Assembly: GCA_038087875.1 (NCBI GenBank) | Contig: CM075988.1 | Location: forward strand, 2,480,001 to 2,544,000 | DNA length: 64,000 bases | Source: Malacoraja senta | Taxonomy: Eukaryota | Reading direction: 5' to 3' | Shown: in pieces, positions 13,250-27,329 of the stretch | How the letters are laid out: each line of letters begins with the position of its first letter | Position numbering within the stretch: the first letter of the stretch is position 1 | Translations under genes and position numbers: made by a program | The notes under the pieces: model-generated | Seen by the model: only the letters and a program-made list of their open reading frames with translations | Told to the model about the DNA's origin: nothing | Databases searched by the model: none

Positions 13250-14341
13250 TTTTTATTTTTTTAATTTTTTTTTAATTTTTATTTACATTACATTACAACC
13301 ACATACATTAATACTCGTCATTTATATCTTCTTACAATTAATGTACTCCCTTTATTTATTTTTTTACACTAGAAAAGGAAAAGATTGAAAGAAAGAAGAA
13401 AGTGAAGGAAAAAGTGCAAGTGTAGAAAAGTGTAGAAAATGTAACAACAAAAAAGGACGAAGACCCTATAAGAGCGAAATTAAAAACAAAAAGAAAAAGA
13501 GTTAAGAAATAGGCCCTAAGAAAAGAAAAGAGAAAGAGAAAAAAAGAGAAACAAATGTTGTTGTTTTTTGAGCATCACGTAAATAGGACATACCAACTCT
13601 TCAACTATCATCCCCCCTTACCTGACCTCAATTTTTAATTTTTTTAAAGTACTTTTGCACCCTATGTTTGTAATAATTCTATAAATGCAGACCACGTCAG
13701 GTGGAAGTCATCTGGTTTACCTGCTAGGAGGAGTCTTATCTCTTCTAGGTGTAATGTTTCAAACATATTTGAAATCCACATATTTATAGTTGGTATTGGA
13801 GCCTTCTTCCAAAATTTTAGAATTAGCTTTTTTCCAGTTATTAACCCATAGTCCATTAATTTCTTTTGAAACACATTTAGTTCTGGATCATCTTCCGTTA
13901 TTCCGAAGATAATCCATTCTGCTTTGGGTATCAGTCTTGTTTTAAATAACTTTGTAAAGATTTCAAAAATTTCATTCCAAAATTTTTGAATTTTTGTACA
14001 GAAGACAAATGAGTGCGCTATAGTTGCTTCTTGGGATTGACATTTATCACAAATAGATGATACGTTCGGGAAAATTTTATGAATTTTAGTTTTCGAATAA
14101 TATAATCTATGTAAAATTTTAAATTGTATTAAAGTGTGTCTTACATTAATCGAGCATTTATGCACGTTTAATAAGTATTCATTCCAACTTTCCTTTGAAA
14201 TTTTAATAGCTAACTCTTGTTCCCAGTCTCTTCTGATACCCTCCGTAGGTGGTATTTGTACATTTAAAATAATATTATACAAATATGATATTAAGTTTGC
14301 TGATTCCGCTTTTATCTGCATTGCCTCGTCCAATACATCTA
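13250..14341 (-). mobile_element. 5'-truncated L1-clade LINE (ORF2 C-terminal zinc-knuckle region, 3' UTR, A-rich tail) inserted in an old CR1
   Basis: QFKILHRLYYS...CDKCQSQEATIAHSFVFC CCHC motif; T-rich tail at 13250-13285; 14-bp TSD cttgtgtgatagtt at 13236-13249 and 14342-14355. Confidence 0.9.
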
Positions 14342-17279
14342 CTTGTGTGATAGTTGATGCTTTAGTTTTCATTTTCAATAAGTCCCTAGATTCAGGGTTG
14401 AAGTTCCTTCAGATTGGAAAAGAGCAAAGAGAACTAATTTATTCAAGAAGCAAGGTAGATAGAAAGCAGGAATCTACAAGCTAGTTAACTTAACATGTGT
14501 CACAGGGAAAATTAAAGCAGGACACTTAGAAAAATTCAAGCTTATCACGGCAAAGTCAGCATGATTTTGTGGAAGAGAAATCATCTCATCAATTTTGTGG
14601 AGTTCTTTTAAGAAGAAGCATGAGCTGCGGAGAAAGGGGAAGTTGTAGATGTCATAAGTCATAACTTTTGCCCATCTCATCCATGCCGACCATCGTACCC
14701 AGCGACACTTGTCCCATTTACCAGTATTGGACCGCAGCATTCTGTGCCTTGACAACTCAAGTGTTCATTCACATATTTGCCAATTGAGAGAGAACCTGTG
14801 TTCCAGATTGCAACCACCCTCTGGTGAAAGATATTTTCCTCAGATCTCCACTAATCCTCTTTCTCCTTCTCTTAAACTGATGCCCTTTGGTGTGAGACAT
14901 CTCCATTATCGGGGGGAAATGTTTTTCACTTAACTGTATTTAGGACTTGGGGCTTTATTACCTGTATAAGGTTTTTTTTTAGGGGTGTGGGATTTCTCAC
15001 CATATGCTTAGTGGATCAGGACTCAAGGTAAACCCTCCGTATCAGATTGAGATTAGTCTGGGGAGAGAGAGATAGTGAAGGCGAATGCCCACAGCGGGCG
15101 GCTCTGTGCCAGCAAGATCTGGACATTTGTGTTTTTCTCAGTGTCACTGTCAGGCATAGTACAGACAAGAAGGGAGAGGACTTGAGAGCTAAAGATCCAT
15201 GATTGGAAAGAACGGGGCAGTGTTATATATGTTCAGCAAGAGCAATGGGAATAAAGCCAGTTGAAGGAAGCCCTGTCCTGCTAAGGAATGAGATGGTGCT
15301 GTTGAAGATAGGTGATATAGGTTTCAGACAAACAGAGAAAACAGAGGAAGGATACTTTAGAAAGGTCACCCCCACAGAGTGGGTCCTTTGTGTCTTTAAC
15401 AGGGCAGTTTCAACACTGCTGGGAGAGTAGTGGGTGGGTGCAGAAACCTGACTGAAGGAGCTGAACATATTTTAGGAAGGCAACAGTGATTATATTTCCA
15501 AATCAGTCATTTATGAAGCTTCCTGAGGATGTGAACAGTGTGACTGTAATCAAAGGTTTCATCTCTTCTTGATTAATAGTTCCAATCTTTTGAGTTGATA
15601 CAGCAAAGCCAGCAAGGTTTTATTAGTGGCAAATTGTGTTTGACTTGCTTGATTGAATTCTTGATAAGGTAGCACAGAAGGTTAATGAAGGGAATGCTGT
15701 GATTATAGTGTATATGGATTTTCAGAATACATCTGACAAATCCCAAACAAAATACTGGGTAGAAGGTGGTTGTGATTAGAAATACTCTTTCTGCTCAGTA
15801 GTTCAGGTCTGCATCTCGCTGCCTGTCACAAAAAAAATGTGTGTGTGGGAGTGGAGGGAGGCAGTGAGGAGGGGAGGTGATGGAAACAGAATCAATCCCT
15901 GGTTTGTACACAACAAAAGCTTTTCACTGTACCTCAGTATTCGTGACAAGAAACTAAACTCAACTAAACTATGGGGCTGGGTAGGTACTTCCAAGGGAAT
16001 AATTAGCAGGACTGTGGGGAAAGAGCTGGGGTGGGACAGACAGGATCATGCAGGGAGCTGAAATGGACTTGATGACTGGAACAAATCTCTGATTCAACTT
16101 GTATTACAGGCACATGATTTTGCCTGTCATTACTTTGGGTAATTAGATTGTGACTTTATTGATCATTTTTAATATTATTAGAAAAGGTACCGTGTAGTTT
16201 GTTACTCGTTTAGTAGGGCTTTGTCTCTTTACCACCCCCACCAGTCATTGACATCACACCTTCAAGGTGATTCATTACTAACCACTCATGGGCAGAGAAA
16301 TACTGCGCAATATTGGCTGCTGGTTTAATTGCCAAAACAATGGAAACCTACATGCTTTCTGCAGTGATTTATTTCAGCTATAAAATGCATCTCCTGCATT
16401 TTAGGATGATAAAGGAGAAAAATAGATGGGTACGAAGGCTAGGCATAGGTGCCAGATTCAATTAAACTCTTTTGGTCTGAATTTATACCACTTGTCTGTT
16501 AAATGATTCTCTGCAATCTGAATAGGTTGCAAAAGTATAAACATCAGCACTGAATGATTTCTAGCTTACATTGTAAATAATAGAAACGTTGTTTGTATCA
16601 TGCTGCCGAGTTTGCCCTTTCCCATGGTATTTTAGCTGGGCATTAAATGTGCTGATGCACTGGCACTCCTGCAGCAGTTTGCTTTGCTTCAATGAAATTA
16701 TATCTGCTTGTGGGTGAGTCCTGAGCATGGAGGCATAAACACAAAAAGCTACTCACCTGCCAAAGCCAGTAGCAGATTTACATAAAAATTACTTGCGCAT
16801 GATGAGAATGTAGACCTGGCAGCCACTGAAGCTGAGAGATTTGCTCGATTTAGAGAATAGACGTTATTTATAAATGAGAGAAAGTGAAATTAACGTAAAA
16901 TATTCAACCTTTGCGTAGTATTACCAGATTAAAATGATCACAGCAGGAGGTATTCGGACTGGTGATCTGAAACTTGGATTTAAAGTGCACCGTAGAAGTT
17001 ATTGAAGAGTGGATGGGAGCTTAGAGAGGCAGCAGATTCACAGGAGCTCAGTGCCCAGACAGTGAGCACTATGGTTGCCACCCATAGAGTGAAGGACTGG
17101 GCCACAGTTAGATAACCTAAGGTTATCCTGAGGAGCACCCTTTATTTCTGGTAAGTAAAGTGAAAGTAATTCCCACCAAATGTAGTTTTCTGGTTGTTTC
17201 CTGTTAGTACATTTGATAATTCCAATAACATAGTAACCTGTCTTTGTAATTGCAGTTGTCCCCAATTAAAGCTGTTTCA

Positions 17280-17900
17280 GAATAGAATATTTGTATTGGT
17301 TTATTACTGTCATGATACAGGAAAAGGTTTTGTTTGTGTGCAATCCAGTCAAATCAAGTCATACTGTTATTACATAAGTAAAGTCAAGCCATGCACATGT
17401 ACAAAATTCAAAGAAAAATACCAGTGACAGTAAGTACTAAAGCGTTAAAGTGGCAGAGAAAAAGTCCAAGGTCTGCAATGAGGTGGATTGAAAGATCAGG
17501 ACTACACCCTAGCTTATAGGAAGATGGTTCCGTAGTCTGATAACAGCAGGAAAGAAAATGAATCTGATGGTGTGTCAAGCTCTTGTATCTTGTGCCCAAC
17601 AGGAGTGGGGAGAAGAAATAATGACTGGGCTGATAAAGGTCCGTGGTTATGTTGGCTGCTTCCCCGAGGCAGTATGAAGTGTAGATGGAGTTGATAGTGG
17701 GAGGTCTGGTCCGTGTGATAGATTGGTCTACATCTACAACTCTGCAATTTCTTGCAGTCTTGGACAGAGCTGTTGCCAAGCCAAGTTGTGATACATCCCG
17801 ATAGGATGCTCTCTCTAGTGCGTTTGTCGAAGATGGTGAGAGGCGTTGGAGACATGCCAAACTTCCTGAGGAAGTAGAGATGTTGGTGTGCTTGCATGTA
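17280..17900 (-). mobile_element. Rex1/Babar-like LINE 3' fragment
   Basis: QHLYFLRKFGMSP...ESILSGCITTWLGNSSVQDCKKLQ, frameshifted. Boundaries approximate. Confidence 0.75.
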
Positions 17901-19959
17901 AATGCTGATTCAATGCAGTTGGTCCAAGACAATGTTGTTCGTGATTTTTCTGCCTGTGAACTTGATTATCTCCTTTTCAACACCATTGCTGCCAATTGGG
18001 GCATATACTTCACCTTGCTTCCTGAACTCAAGATCTAACTCCTCCCCTTTGCTGAATATGACTGCAGGTGCTGGAATCCTAAGCTCCAACCTGAAACATC
18101 CTCTGTCCATTTCCGTCCACAGATGCTGCCTGATTTCCTCCAGCAGTTTGTTTTTTGCTTGGAATAAAATGTGCTTGCTACCATGATTCATCCCATAAAA
18201 TGAAAACAATTTCCAATTAATCTGATGATGAGTGTAGCTATGGTTCAGAGTGAAATCTGCACTGGATTAGCTCCTCATTTCTTACATGCTGTGCACTGGA
18301 GTGACGACACTTGCAATGGTGTTGCTGCAAAAACAAAATCAGCCCTGGAAAAATAACTGCATGTTTCAGTGAGAAGTATCTCGAGCCTCAGACTGCATGT
18401 GATCTCTGCCTGTGCTGTTTAAATTGTAACGTACCTGTGCCCTTTGCTCATATTCTCCCTTTTTCGAATGAATTAACCGTTTCCATGTTTTCCTTATCAT
18501 TGCAGAAAGGGCAGAGTCCAGTAGTGTGTCCTCTGATTGGCAGTGTCTGTAGAGGTCGTCCGATTATCATTCAAGAAGTCAAGAGTTTTCATTAGAACAA
18601 GGTTATTCGGCTCATAAACCTGAATATCTTTAACTGATTAATTCCACCATCCCACCTCAACCCGTGTATTCCCTGCAGAGGTATGAGCTGTGGTCACTCG
18701 CTCACCTTTGTCCTGAAATAGAGGAAACATGTAGGGAGAGAGAGATAGATAGCAGTGGAGGTGGGGTGGAGGAACTTTACGCAGGGGCTGGTAGGAGGGA
18801 GATCTCTGGTTCTTCCTCTTGGGTGCCATGTGGACTCGAGGATTGGTATATGGCTGATCTATACATTGCCTTTTGTTAATATTTGTTCTGTGATTGCCTT
18901 ACTAAGCGTGAGATGAAGGAATAATGATCGCGGTGTGTACAAAATGATGGTTTGTTTCTGATGGAGCCTGGCCGGGAAATTCAAGTACATATTAAATGCG
19001 AAACATTGACGTTGCTGAAAATGTAAATCAGGTTGCTGTATAATCTGGCCGGAAAGTCGGAATCTAGCAGAGAATACGCAACTTGGTTGTTCAGATGTGG
19101 ATAGTCCACAAGAGAATAAGTAAAAGGGGAAGGAAGTCAGGGAGGTGGAACTAATGTACCAGTTCAGTCATGGTCTCCTGCAGTGTGCTTGATGTAGAGG
19201 ATGGCTGATGGAGAAACTGTTGCCACAGCCAAACTCGGCTGCTGAATACGGAGTGAATGGATGCATTAGGATCACAGACATTGTTACAGCCCAGTATCTG
19301 TTGCCTTTTCGGGACGCTCTCGTTCCTGGTGGAATAAATTAATTAGAAACTGAACAGCCACCAGGAAGTCTCATAGATTGCTGGTAAAATCCCAGGTACT
19401 GCCGAGAAAGGTTTGGAAATTTCTGCAGAGAAAAAAATAAGGCAGTTGCTTCCACATTCAGTTTCCTCTGACGTTTGCCAATAATCTATATTTTTTCTTG
19501 ACTGTAATTACATGTTGCCCAATGCAGTGATTCAAAAAGGCTCTGTTCCACAATCAGCAGGAGTATTTCATCCATAGCGCGGGGAAAGAAACACTCATGA
19601 CATAGTACGTGTGCATTCTGGTCCTGAGCAGCTCACTTGATTGGCACCACCTAAAATATCTCCACCACCCGTGGCATGGCCTCAAAATGTGGTGTCTGCA
19701 GAATGCAGAGCCGTTACCTGCCCAGAGCCCTCCACCTGCACCTACCAAACAAGGATCATGTGTGTTCGCCTTCACATCATCCTGACTTGCAAATACACTG
19801 TTGTTCCTTTACTGTTGCTGGGTCGACACTCCACCATTCAAAACAGTCTCCACGCTGCAGACTATCACACCATGGGGTCTGTCTCTGCTGGGTCCTAGTG
19901 GGCGTTCCACTGGGTCTTCCCCTTCCCCCTTGCACCATGTGATCCCAGCTCTTCCCCAT

Positions 19960-21632
19960 CCACACTATAGTCCTCATACCCTCCTCCTCCCTGACCACCC
20001 ACCACCCCCTTGCCAGACATCATCTCGGCCTCCGTCCACACACCTGTCTTCCTCCGGCCCCAACCCCCATCTTTGCTGTGCGTTCATAATCCCCCTGACC
20101 TCTTCCTCGCCTTTGTTCCCCTCCGTCCCCACCTCAATGAGTTCCGCGTCCGCCACGATGTGGATCTCTTCTTCCGTTGCCTCCGCATCCAAGCATTTTT
20201 CCATGGGAAGGAGTCCTCACCACCCATTGATGACCCCTTCTCCTGTCTCCAACAGACACCTCCTCTTGGATCCCCCCTCATGGCCATCTACCGGCTTTAG
20301 ACCTTTTTATTTTAAACCCCCCCCCCCTGAACGTACAGCCCTCCACTCACTCTGCAACAACCCAGACTGGGTGATCAAATCTGCGGACAAGGGAGGTGCC
20401 GTGGTAGTCTGGTGCGCTGATCTCTACCGGTCCTAGGCCAGGCCCCAACTCTCAGACACCTCCTCCGACTTATCCTTGGACCATGACCCCACAGACGAGC
20501 ACCAGGCCACTATCTCTAGCACCATCACTGGCTTCATCACTTACAGCTCCCTGCCCTCCCAAGCCTCCAACCTCATCGTTCCCCAGCCCCACACGGCCCG
20601 ATATAACCTTCTCCCCAAAATCCACAAACCTGACTCCTGGCAGACCCATTGTTTCTGCTTGTTCTTGCAGGTAACAAACTACTGACCGACATCTACTACA
20701 AACCCACTGACTCCCATGGCTATCTGGACTACACTTCTTCTCACCCTTCTTCATGTAAGGACTCTATCTCCCCCCTCCCCCCCCCCCCCCCCCCCACCTC
20801 CTACTCCCAATTCCTCCGTCTACGCCGCATCAGCACCCAGGATGAGGTGTTCCAAACCAGGGCATCGGAGATGTCCTCATTCTTTAGGGAACGGGGGTTC
20901 CCCTCTTCGACTATAGGTGAGGCTCTCACCAGGGTCTCCTCTATATACCGTAGCTCTGTTCTCATTCCCCATCCCCCCACTCGTAACAAGGACAGAGTCC
21001 CCCTTGTCCTCACCTTCCACCCTACCAGCCGTCACATACAACAGATAATCCTCCGACATGTTCGCCACCTCCAACGGGATCACACTACTGGCCACATCTT
21101 CCCATCTCCTCCCCTTTCGGCTTTCTGCAGAGACCCCTCCCTCTGTAATTCCATGGTCAATTTGTCCCTTTACCACCCAAACCACCCCCTCCCCTGGTAC
21201 TTTCCGTTGCAACCTCAGGAAATGCCACACTTGTCGCTTTACCTTCGCCCTCGACTCCATCCAAGGACCCAAGCAGTCTTTCCAGGTGCAGCAGAGGTTC
21301 ACCTGCACCTCCTCCAACCTCATCTATTGCATCCGCTGTTCTAGGTGTCAACTGCTCTACATCAGTGGGACCAAGCGCAGGCTTGGCAATCGCTTCTCCC
21401 AACACCTCCGCTCAGTTCGCATTAACCAACCTGATCTCCCGGTGGCTCAGCGCTTCAACTCCCCATCCCATTCCAAATCGGACCTTTCTGACCTGGGCCT
21501 CCTCCATGGTCAGAGTGAGTCCCACCGCAAATTGGAGGAGCAGCACCTCATATTTCGCTTGGGTAGTTTACACCCCAGCGGTGTGAACATTTTCTCCAAT
21601 TTCAGGTAGTCCTTGCTTTCTCCCTCCTTCCC
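19960..21632 (+). mobile_element. Penelope-like retroelement, internally deleted
   Basis: VIKSADKGGAVVVW, LLPKIHKP, YYKPTDSHGYLDYTSSHP, then GIY-YIG domain at 21058-21609. Same family as 10168-11708; the RT core is deleted at ~20670. Confidence 0.88.
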
Positions 21633-24600
21633 CAGGATCGCTGGTCAGCGCAGACTCAGTGGGCCAAAGGGCCTGTTTCCGCGCTGTATCGCAAAACTAA
21701 ACTAAACCAAGGCACCAAATCCAGACAAGGCAAAGCAAGAACACAAAGTGCAAGGGTAACTCAGCGGCTCAGGCAGCATCTCTGGAGGACATGGATAGAT
21801 GATGTTTCAGGTCGGGAACCCTTCAGCAAAGTAACCTTTAATCCAGTAAACCTTGCAGTGTCCTCCTTGCAAACATCTAAGGAGAGATGTCTAATGAGGT
21901 GAAGAATTATTTCCCTGCAGAATACTTTTGCATTTTGTGCAAATCAACATCATTTCAGACGGCGTTTCATAGAGAAAAATAATTCTAGGGTGAATGAAAA
22001 TTTCATGGATAAATGGTGAGATGCATTTCCTGCCATGTGCATTCAGCCAGGAAATGTTAATAAAATTGAGGTGTTGCTCAACACGGGTAATTTCTGGAGG
22101 TTTTATGAACAGATTTCCGGCTCATTGTTAATGTAAATTTAGAATCGTGCAGCGTGGAATCAGCCTCTTCTGTCCAACTTGCCCAGACCAACGAACATGC
22201 CTCATCTACAGTAGTCGCACCTGTCTGCGTTTGGCCCATATCCCTCCAAACCTATCCTATCCACCTACCTATCTAAATGTTCATAAACATTGTGACAGTA
22301 ACTTCCTCAACTACCTCCTCTGGCAGTTCATTCCATATACCTACCACTCTTTGTGTAAAAAAAAGTTGCCCCTCAGGTTCATATTAAATCTTTTCCTCAC
22401 CTTAAACCTACGTCCTCTGGTTCTTGATTCCCCTATTCTAGATAAAAGATTCTGCATTTACCCAATCTATTCCTCTCATGATCGTATACACCTCTATAAG
22501 ATCTCCCATCATCCTCCTGTGCTCTAGCTTGCTCAACCTCTCCCTATAGCTCAGACCCTCGAGTCCTGGCAACATCCTCGTGAATCTTCATTGCACCCTT
22601 GCCAGCTCAACATTTTTCTTATAACAAGGTGACCAAAACCAAACACAATTTAGGAATGGGTTCTAACAGTGGTATCTGATTGTATTGTTCTTCTGTTTGG
22701 CTGGGACAAGGGTTCAAATGCAGTGCTGGGCAAGTTAGTGGTTCATGATTCCAACACTTTTACACCATAGATGTTGAATATTGACACTTTAAAAAGTGAA
22801 ATGTAGAAAATGTTGCTGTATATATCTTTACAGTAAATGCAGTTGTTCAACACAGAGGCGGGCCCCCATATCACTACATCCATGCTGATCTTTTTGCCCA
22901 CCTGCACTATTCCCATTTGCCAGCATTATATCGGTATTCTTCTGTGTCTTGTCAATATGAATGTCTGTCTTAATGTCTCTTAAACATAGCGTTTGTATCT
23001 GATTCCACCACCACCTCTGGCAGCCGAGTTCCAAATATCAATCACACTCTGTGTACAAAAAAACCACCCCCTGATCCCCTTTAAAATTCCTTCCTCACAC
23101 TTTATATCCATGCTTTCTTATTTTTTGATACCTTTACCTTGGAAAAAAGATTCTGACTATCCACCATATCTATGTCTCTTCTAATTTTATATACCTCTGT
23201 TCAGTCACCCCAAGGAAAACAGCCTAGCCTATCCTACCTCGCCCTATAGCTAAAGGCCTGCAATTTGGTGCATCCCCTCTAGTCTCCCCATCACATCCTT
23301 CATATACGTGACCACCAGTCTCCACAATGCTCCAAGAACACTTTAATCTGTGTTTTGTAAAGTTGCCACTGAACATCCCAAATCCTATAACCTGACCTAT
23401 GAAGGCAGATAGGCCATATTGCTCTTGCTCCACTGTATTTACCATTGTCACTCTCAGGGAACTTTGGACGTGAACCTCAAGGTTCCTCTGTTCATCAACA
23501 TTCCACACTCTCTTACCATTTATGTATGTCTCTATTTGACGTCTCCAAATCCAACACCTTGCACTGAGTGAATCTGAGAGAGAAGGAGAGGGTTCTCTCA
23601 GTGTCAGCATATTTTCCTCTCTGAATGTAGTCACGTCTAATTCACTGGTCATTCATTTCAGTGCTGCACAATCACAGTATGAAACATCTGCAGTTTACAA
23701 AGCAATAACCTTTACAATAAGTTCAGTGTTTGTGAAGTGCTTCAATTTGTTCCTGAGAGAAGTTGGGTGAAATAAATTCAGCCCAACGTGAATTCTTATG
23801 TCGAGAAATAGCTTCCACAAAGGTTGTGCTGGACTGGTTACTACAGTAGTCACTAGCCTATTTGTGACTAAGACATTGGTTACATCCAACACTGCACATT
23901 TTTGTCCTTAAATGTTTTGCCTGGCTGGTATTGGGAGGTCAGCATGGGTGCGAAAGAGCCAGCGACTCAGGTGAAGGGCAGGTCATGGAGTTCACCTTAG
24001 TGGCATTCATTGGTGGCAAAGCATATGGAATGGGCACAGAACTCAGATGTACAAGCTTGCTCCGCCAGCTGATCTGATCTTGGCTTCAGTTGCACATCTA
24101 TGCATCTTCCCCATTACTCTTGACATCCGTACAGTACAAAAATCGGCCTTGTCTCAGCTTTGAATGTGTTCAATGACTCGGGCTCCACAAAACAATTATT
24201 CCTTGTTCCAACTTAAACCGGTCACTCCTTATTCTGTAGCTGTGCTGCTTAGATCTTGGTCGTGCCATCAGTGGGGGAGCAACCCCACAGCAGCTATCTG
24301 ATCAAACCCCTGAATTTCCATTCATCTCATCTTTAATGGAAGGTACATCCGGTTCAACACTTAATTCCAGGATCTGCTGCAAGCAACCACTTCAATCAAT
24401 GCTTAATTTAGAACAATGAGACAAGTAATGTGTTAAACATTTCTCTACAGCTTTAGAGAATTGTTCATTTATAGTGAAATTGAGTGGGATGCAAAGTATT
24501 TGTGCCAAACATTTACAGACAAATACAAATAATGATATTGGCCCTGATGCTTACCGGAAAATCCAGGCAGTTTGCACAGTGTTTCTTCCTGTGATTTGTG

Positions 24601-24980
24601 CGTTTCCAGTTGAATTCTATCCATCCGTCTTCATCAAGAAAAATGTCTGAAAGTATTTCTGTAGAGGCAGGCCCGTGGACAACAGACTGCCCAGCAGTTA
24701 CCAGATTAGAATGCAGTTTAGTTAAGGTGATGAGATACCAAGGCACTTTGTTAACTAAAAGTGACAACAAAAAAAGGCCTGTCTGAAAATGCTTGGTATG
24801 TGCACCTTTCCCAAACTGGGCTTTTCCAGAAATGTTACATAAATCCTCGCCAAAGGCAATTGACAATTTACCTGTTGATCATCTGATGGTAGTTAAGGAT
24901 ATTATTCCTTGCCTTGTACCAGTTAGTTTATTCACTGTTTACTTTTTTTGAGCTTGTGATGAGCTTTCCCTTCTCTTCAG

Positions 24981-25083
24981 TCCCCCAGGTACTTAAAAGC
25001 TGCACAGATTTTATTGAGAAACATGGAGTGGTGGATGGTATTTATCGACTTTCGGGAATTGCGTCCAATATTCAGAAGCTACG
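24981..25083 (+). CDS. ARHGAP32: ARHGAP32 coding exon with the RhoGAP arginine finger (VPQVLKSCTDFIEKHGVVDGIYRLSGIASNIQKLR)
   Basis: Acceptor ttctcttcag and donor cg|gtaagt; 103 bp; phase fits both neighbouring exons; GIYRLSG motif. Translated by hand, as it is not in this frame in the ORF track. Confidence 0.95.
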
Positions 25084-27035
25084 GTAAGTTGCTATACCAG
25101 AAAGACAGAGTATATGGCATAACAGTTGGTTTTGTATTGCATCTTTGTCCTTTAATGCAAGAGGCATATAGTACAACAATATGGATATGCTGCTAAAGAA
25201 AACTGGTGAGAAATATTGCCTTCCTAATATGTTCCCTCAATGCTGTAGTTGGGGTATGCAGGATCCTGCATTGATGAAAGAGCAGGGATATATTTGCAGA
25301 TCAGGATGGTGTTCCCTTGTACTCACTGCCCTTGTTCTCCTTTGAGATAGTGGCCGTAAATTGATCAGTCTAGGTGAATAACTGCAGTGAATTTTGTAGA
25401 TGGCACATAGTGTGCCACTGGTTTAATGTGATGGATGAGGTGGAAATAAAAGGACCGTTTTGTCCTAGAAAATGTAACATTTACTCAGTACTGTGGGAGC
25501 TGTACTCACAGCTACGTGGAGAGTATTCCAAAATGTTGATGGCTCATGTTCTGTTGATAACAAAACGAGAACTCAGCCAAGCAGCTTCCGTGGATAGAGA
25601 AACTGTAATATTTTCAGTCAGGACCCTTCCTCAGAACTGGGGGAAGAGTGGAGGATTTACAGTGGTCAAAGCAGAGCTGGGGAGAGGAGAGACAAAAGCC
25701 TGTATGAGAGTGGTTATGGCAGATCAGGTGATAAGGAGCCTGATTCATGACCATAAGAAGGGTATTTAAAGAAATACCCACTCACCCTTTTTCTTTAAAT
25801 GACCTTGACATATTTAAAATATTGTTTATGTTGACAATTGTACAGACCTTTAACGAGTATCCTGCATTTCCTACCATTTGCAAATTGCTCCAGGAACCCA
25901 TACGTGCTTCAGCAGTCGGCTGCAAACATATGAAACACAAGTGAAGGATGGTGTATTAGATTCCCTGACTTGTTCCACCAGACCTCTACACATGGAAAAA
26001 CTAAGGGAGTTTGTTTTAGGCATTGAAATGAGCTGTCCTTTTGAATCGGGTCAGATCGGACTACCCAATCTGTAGTGTGCATTGTCTGTATGTTTTGATC
26101 ATGTCTCTTTCCAGTCAAAGTTAGCCTCATTGTAATCAATTTTGAATGCAACTTTACAGGGTGTTGATGAGACTGGACCTTTTGACACAGAGTATGAAGT
26201 ACATGGAAATTACGCAGGCCAAAACCGGTGCGGTACTCCAGCTCTGGCCTCATCAATGCCTTGTAAAATTGCATTAACCCTAACAAATAAAAACCATCAT
26301 GCTATTAGTCTCTTGTGTAATTTCTAGCTGTATCTGCATGTTTTGTGTTTCATGCACTGACTTCACTTTTCCTTACCCCACTACCCCTTTTTCCCACTTT
26401 TGAAGTCTTGCTCCATTTAGATAATAATTTCATTCCTGCTTCTAAAGTGAATAACGTCACATTTTCCCACTTTATACTTCATCTGCCAAGTACATGTCCA
26501 CTCACTGAAACCTCCAAGTATCCCTTAGGAGGGTTTGTATATGCTCCTCTCAAATTGCCAACCTTCCTATCATTGTATCATCAGCAGATCTAGCTACAGT
26601 ACAATCAGTCCTTTCATCCGTCATTTATCTAGATTGTAAATAGTTGAGGCCCCAGTATTGATCCCTGTGTTCCCTCACTAGTAACCGATTGCCAATCTGA
26701 AAATGACCCGTTTATTCCGACTATCTGTTTTCCATTAGTTAGCTATTCCTTTATCCATGCCAATATATTATTCGCAGGAGGAGGGCTGGTGAGAACCAGT
26801 GAGGGGGGGGGCAGAGAGAGTAAGAGCTGGAAAAGAGATTGATATCTTGTCTGTTTCACTTGGTGAATAACCAAAAAGAATACTTTAAGTGTATTTTCTT
26901 ATCATTTTACTTGAGATGAAACAATACATTTACTTCACATACTAGCACTGATGGATTTTTAAGTGTTTAGTTGTTTTTGGCTGTAACTCTCGATTTCAAG
27001 AACACAATCAAATTTTTGACTTAGAAGGAAAACGA

Positions 27036-27329
27036 ATGAAACTGCAGATGCTGGAATTTGCAACAAAACAGAAATGCTGGAAGGACAGGAGACATGTTGG
27101 TCGTTTTGGGCAAGTTGGGCCGAAGGGCCTGTTCCCACACTGTATGTATGACTCTCTGACTCTTAGCTACTCTAAGCAGCATCTGTGGAAAGAGAGAGCA
27201 TGGTTTGGGTGAGTAATCCTTTACCAGAACCGGTTCTGAGGAAGGGTCCCTGAACCGAAATATCAACTAGTTTCTCTTTTTGCAGATGCTGCTTGATTGA
27301 CTGAGTTCTGAAAACAATTCTGATTTTGT
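27036..27329. repeat. Older fold-back Penelope-derived repeat; + strand hammerhead-like core at 27232-27268
   Basis: ggtt-ctgagga-agggtccctgaacc-gaaa-tatc-aact; arms resemble the other copies; interrupted by a short LINE-tail piece. Confidence 0.55.

Noticed and set aside
13662..14378. 238-aa ORF as a domesticated gene
   Set aside because: Its N-terminus is read from the flanking CR1 and TSD; the rest is a truncated L1 ORF2.
24981..24994. 8-nt microexon or recursive site (cag|gtactt)
   Set aside because: Explained by the conserved P-Q-V codons; using it would break the frame.
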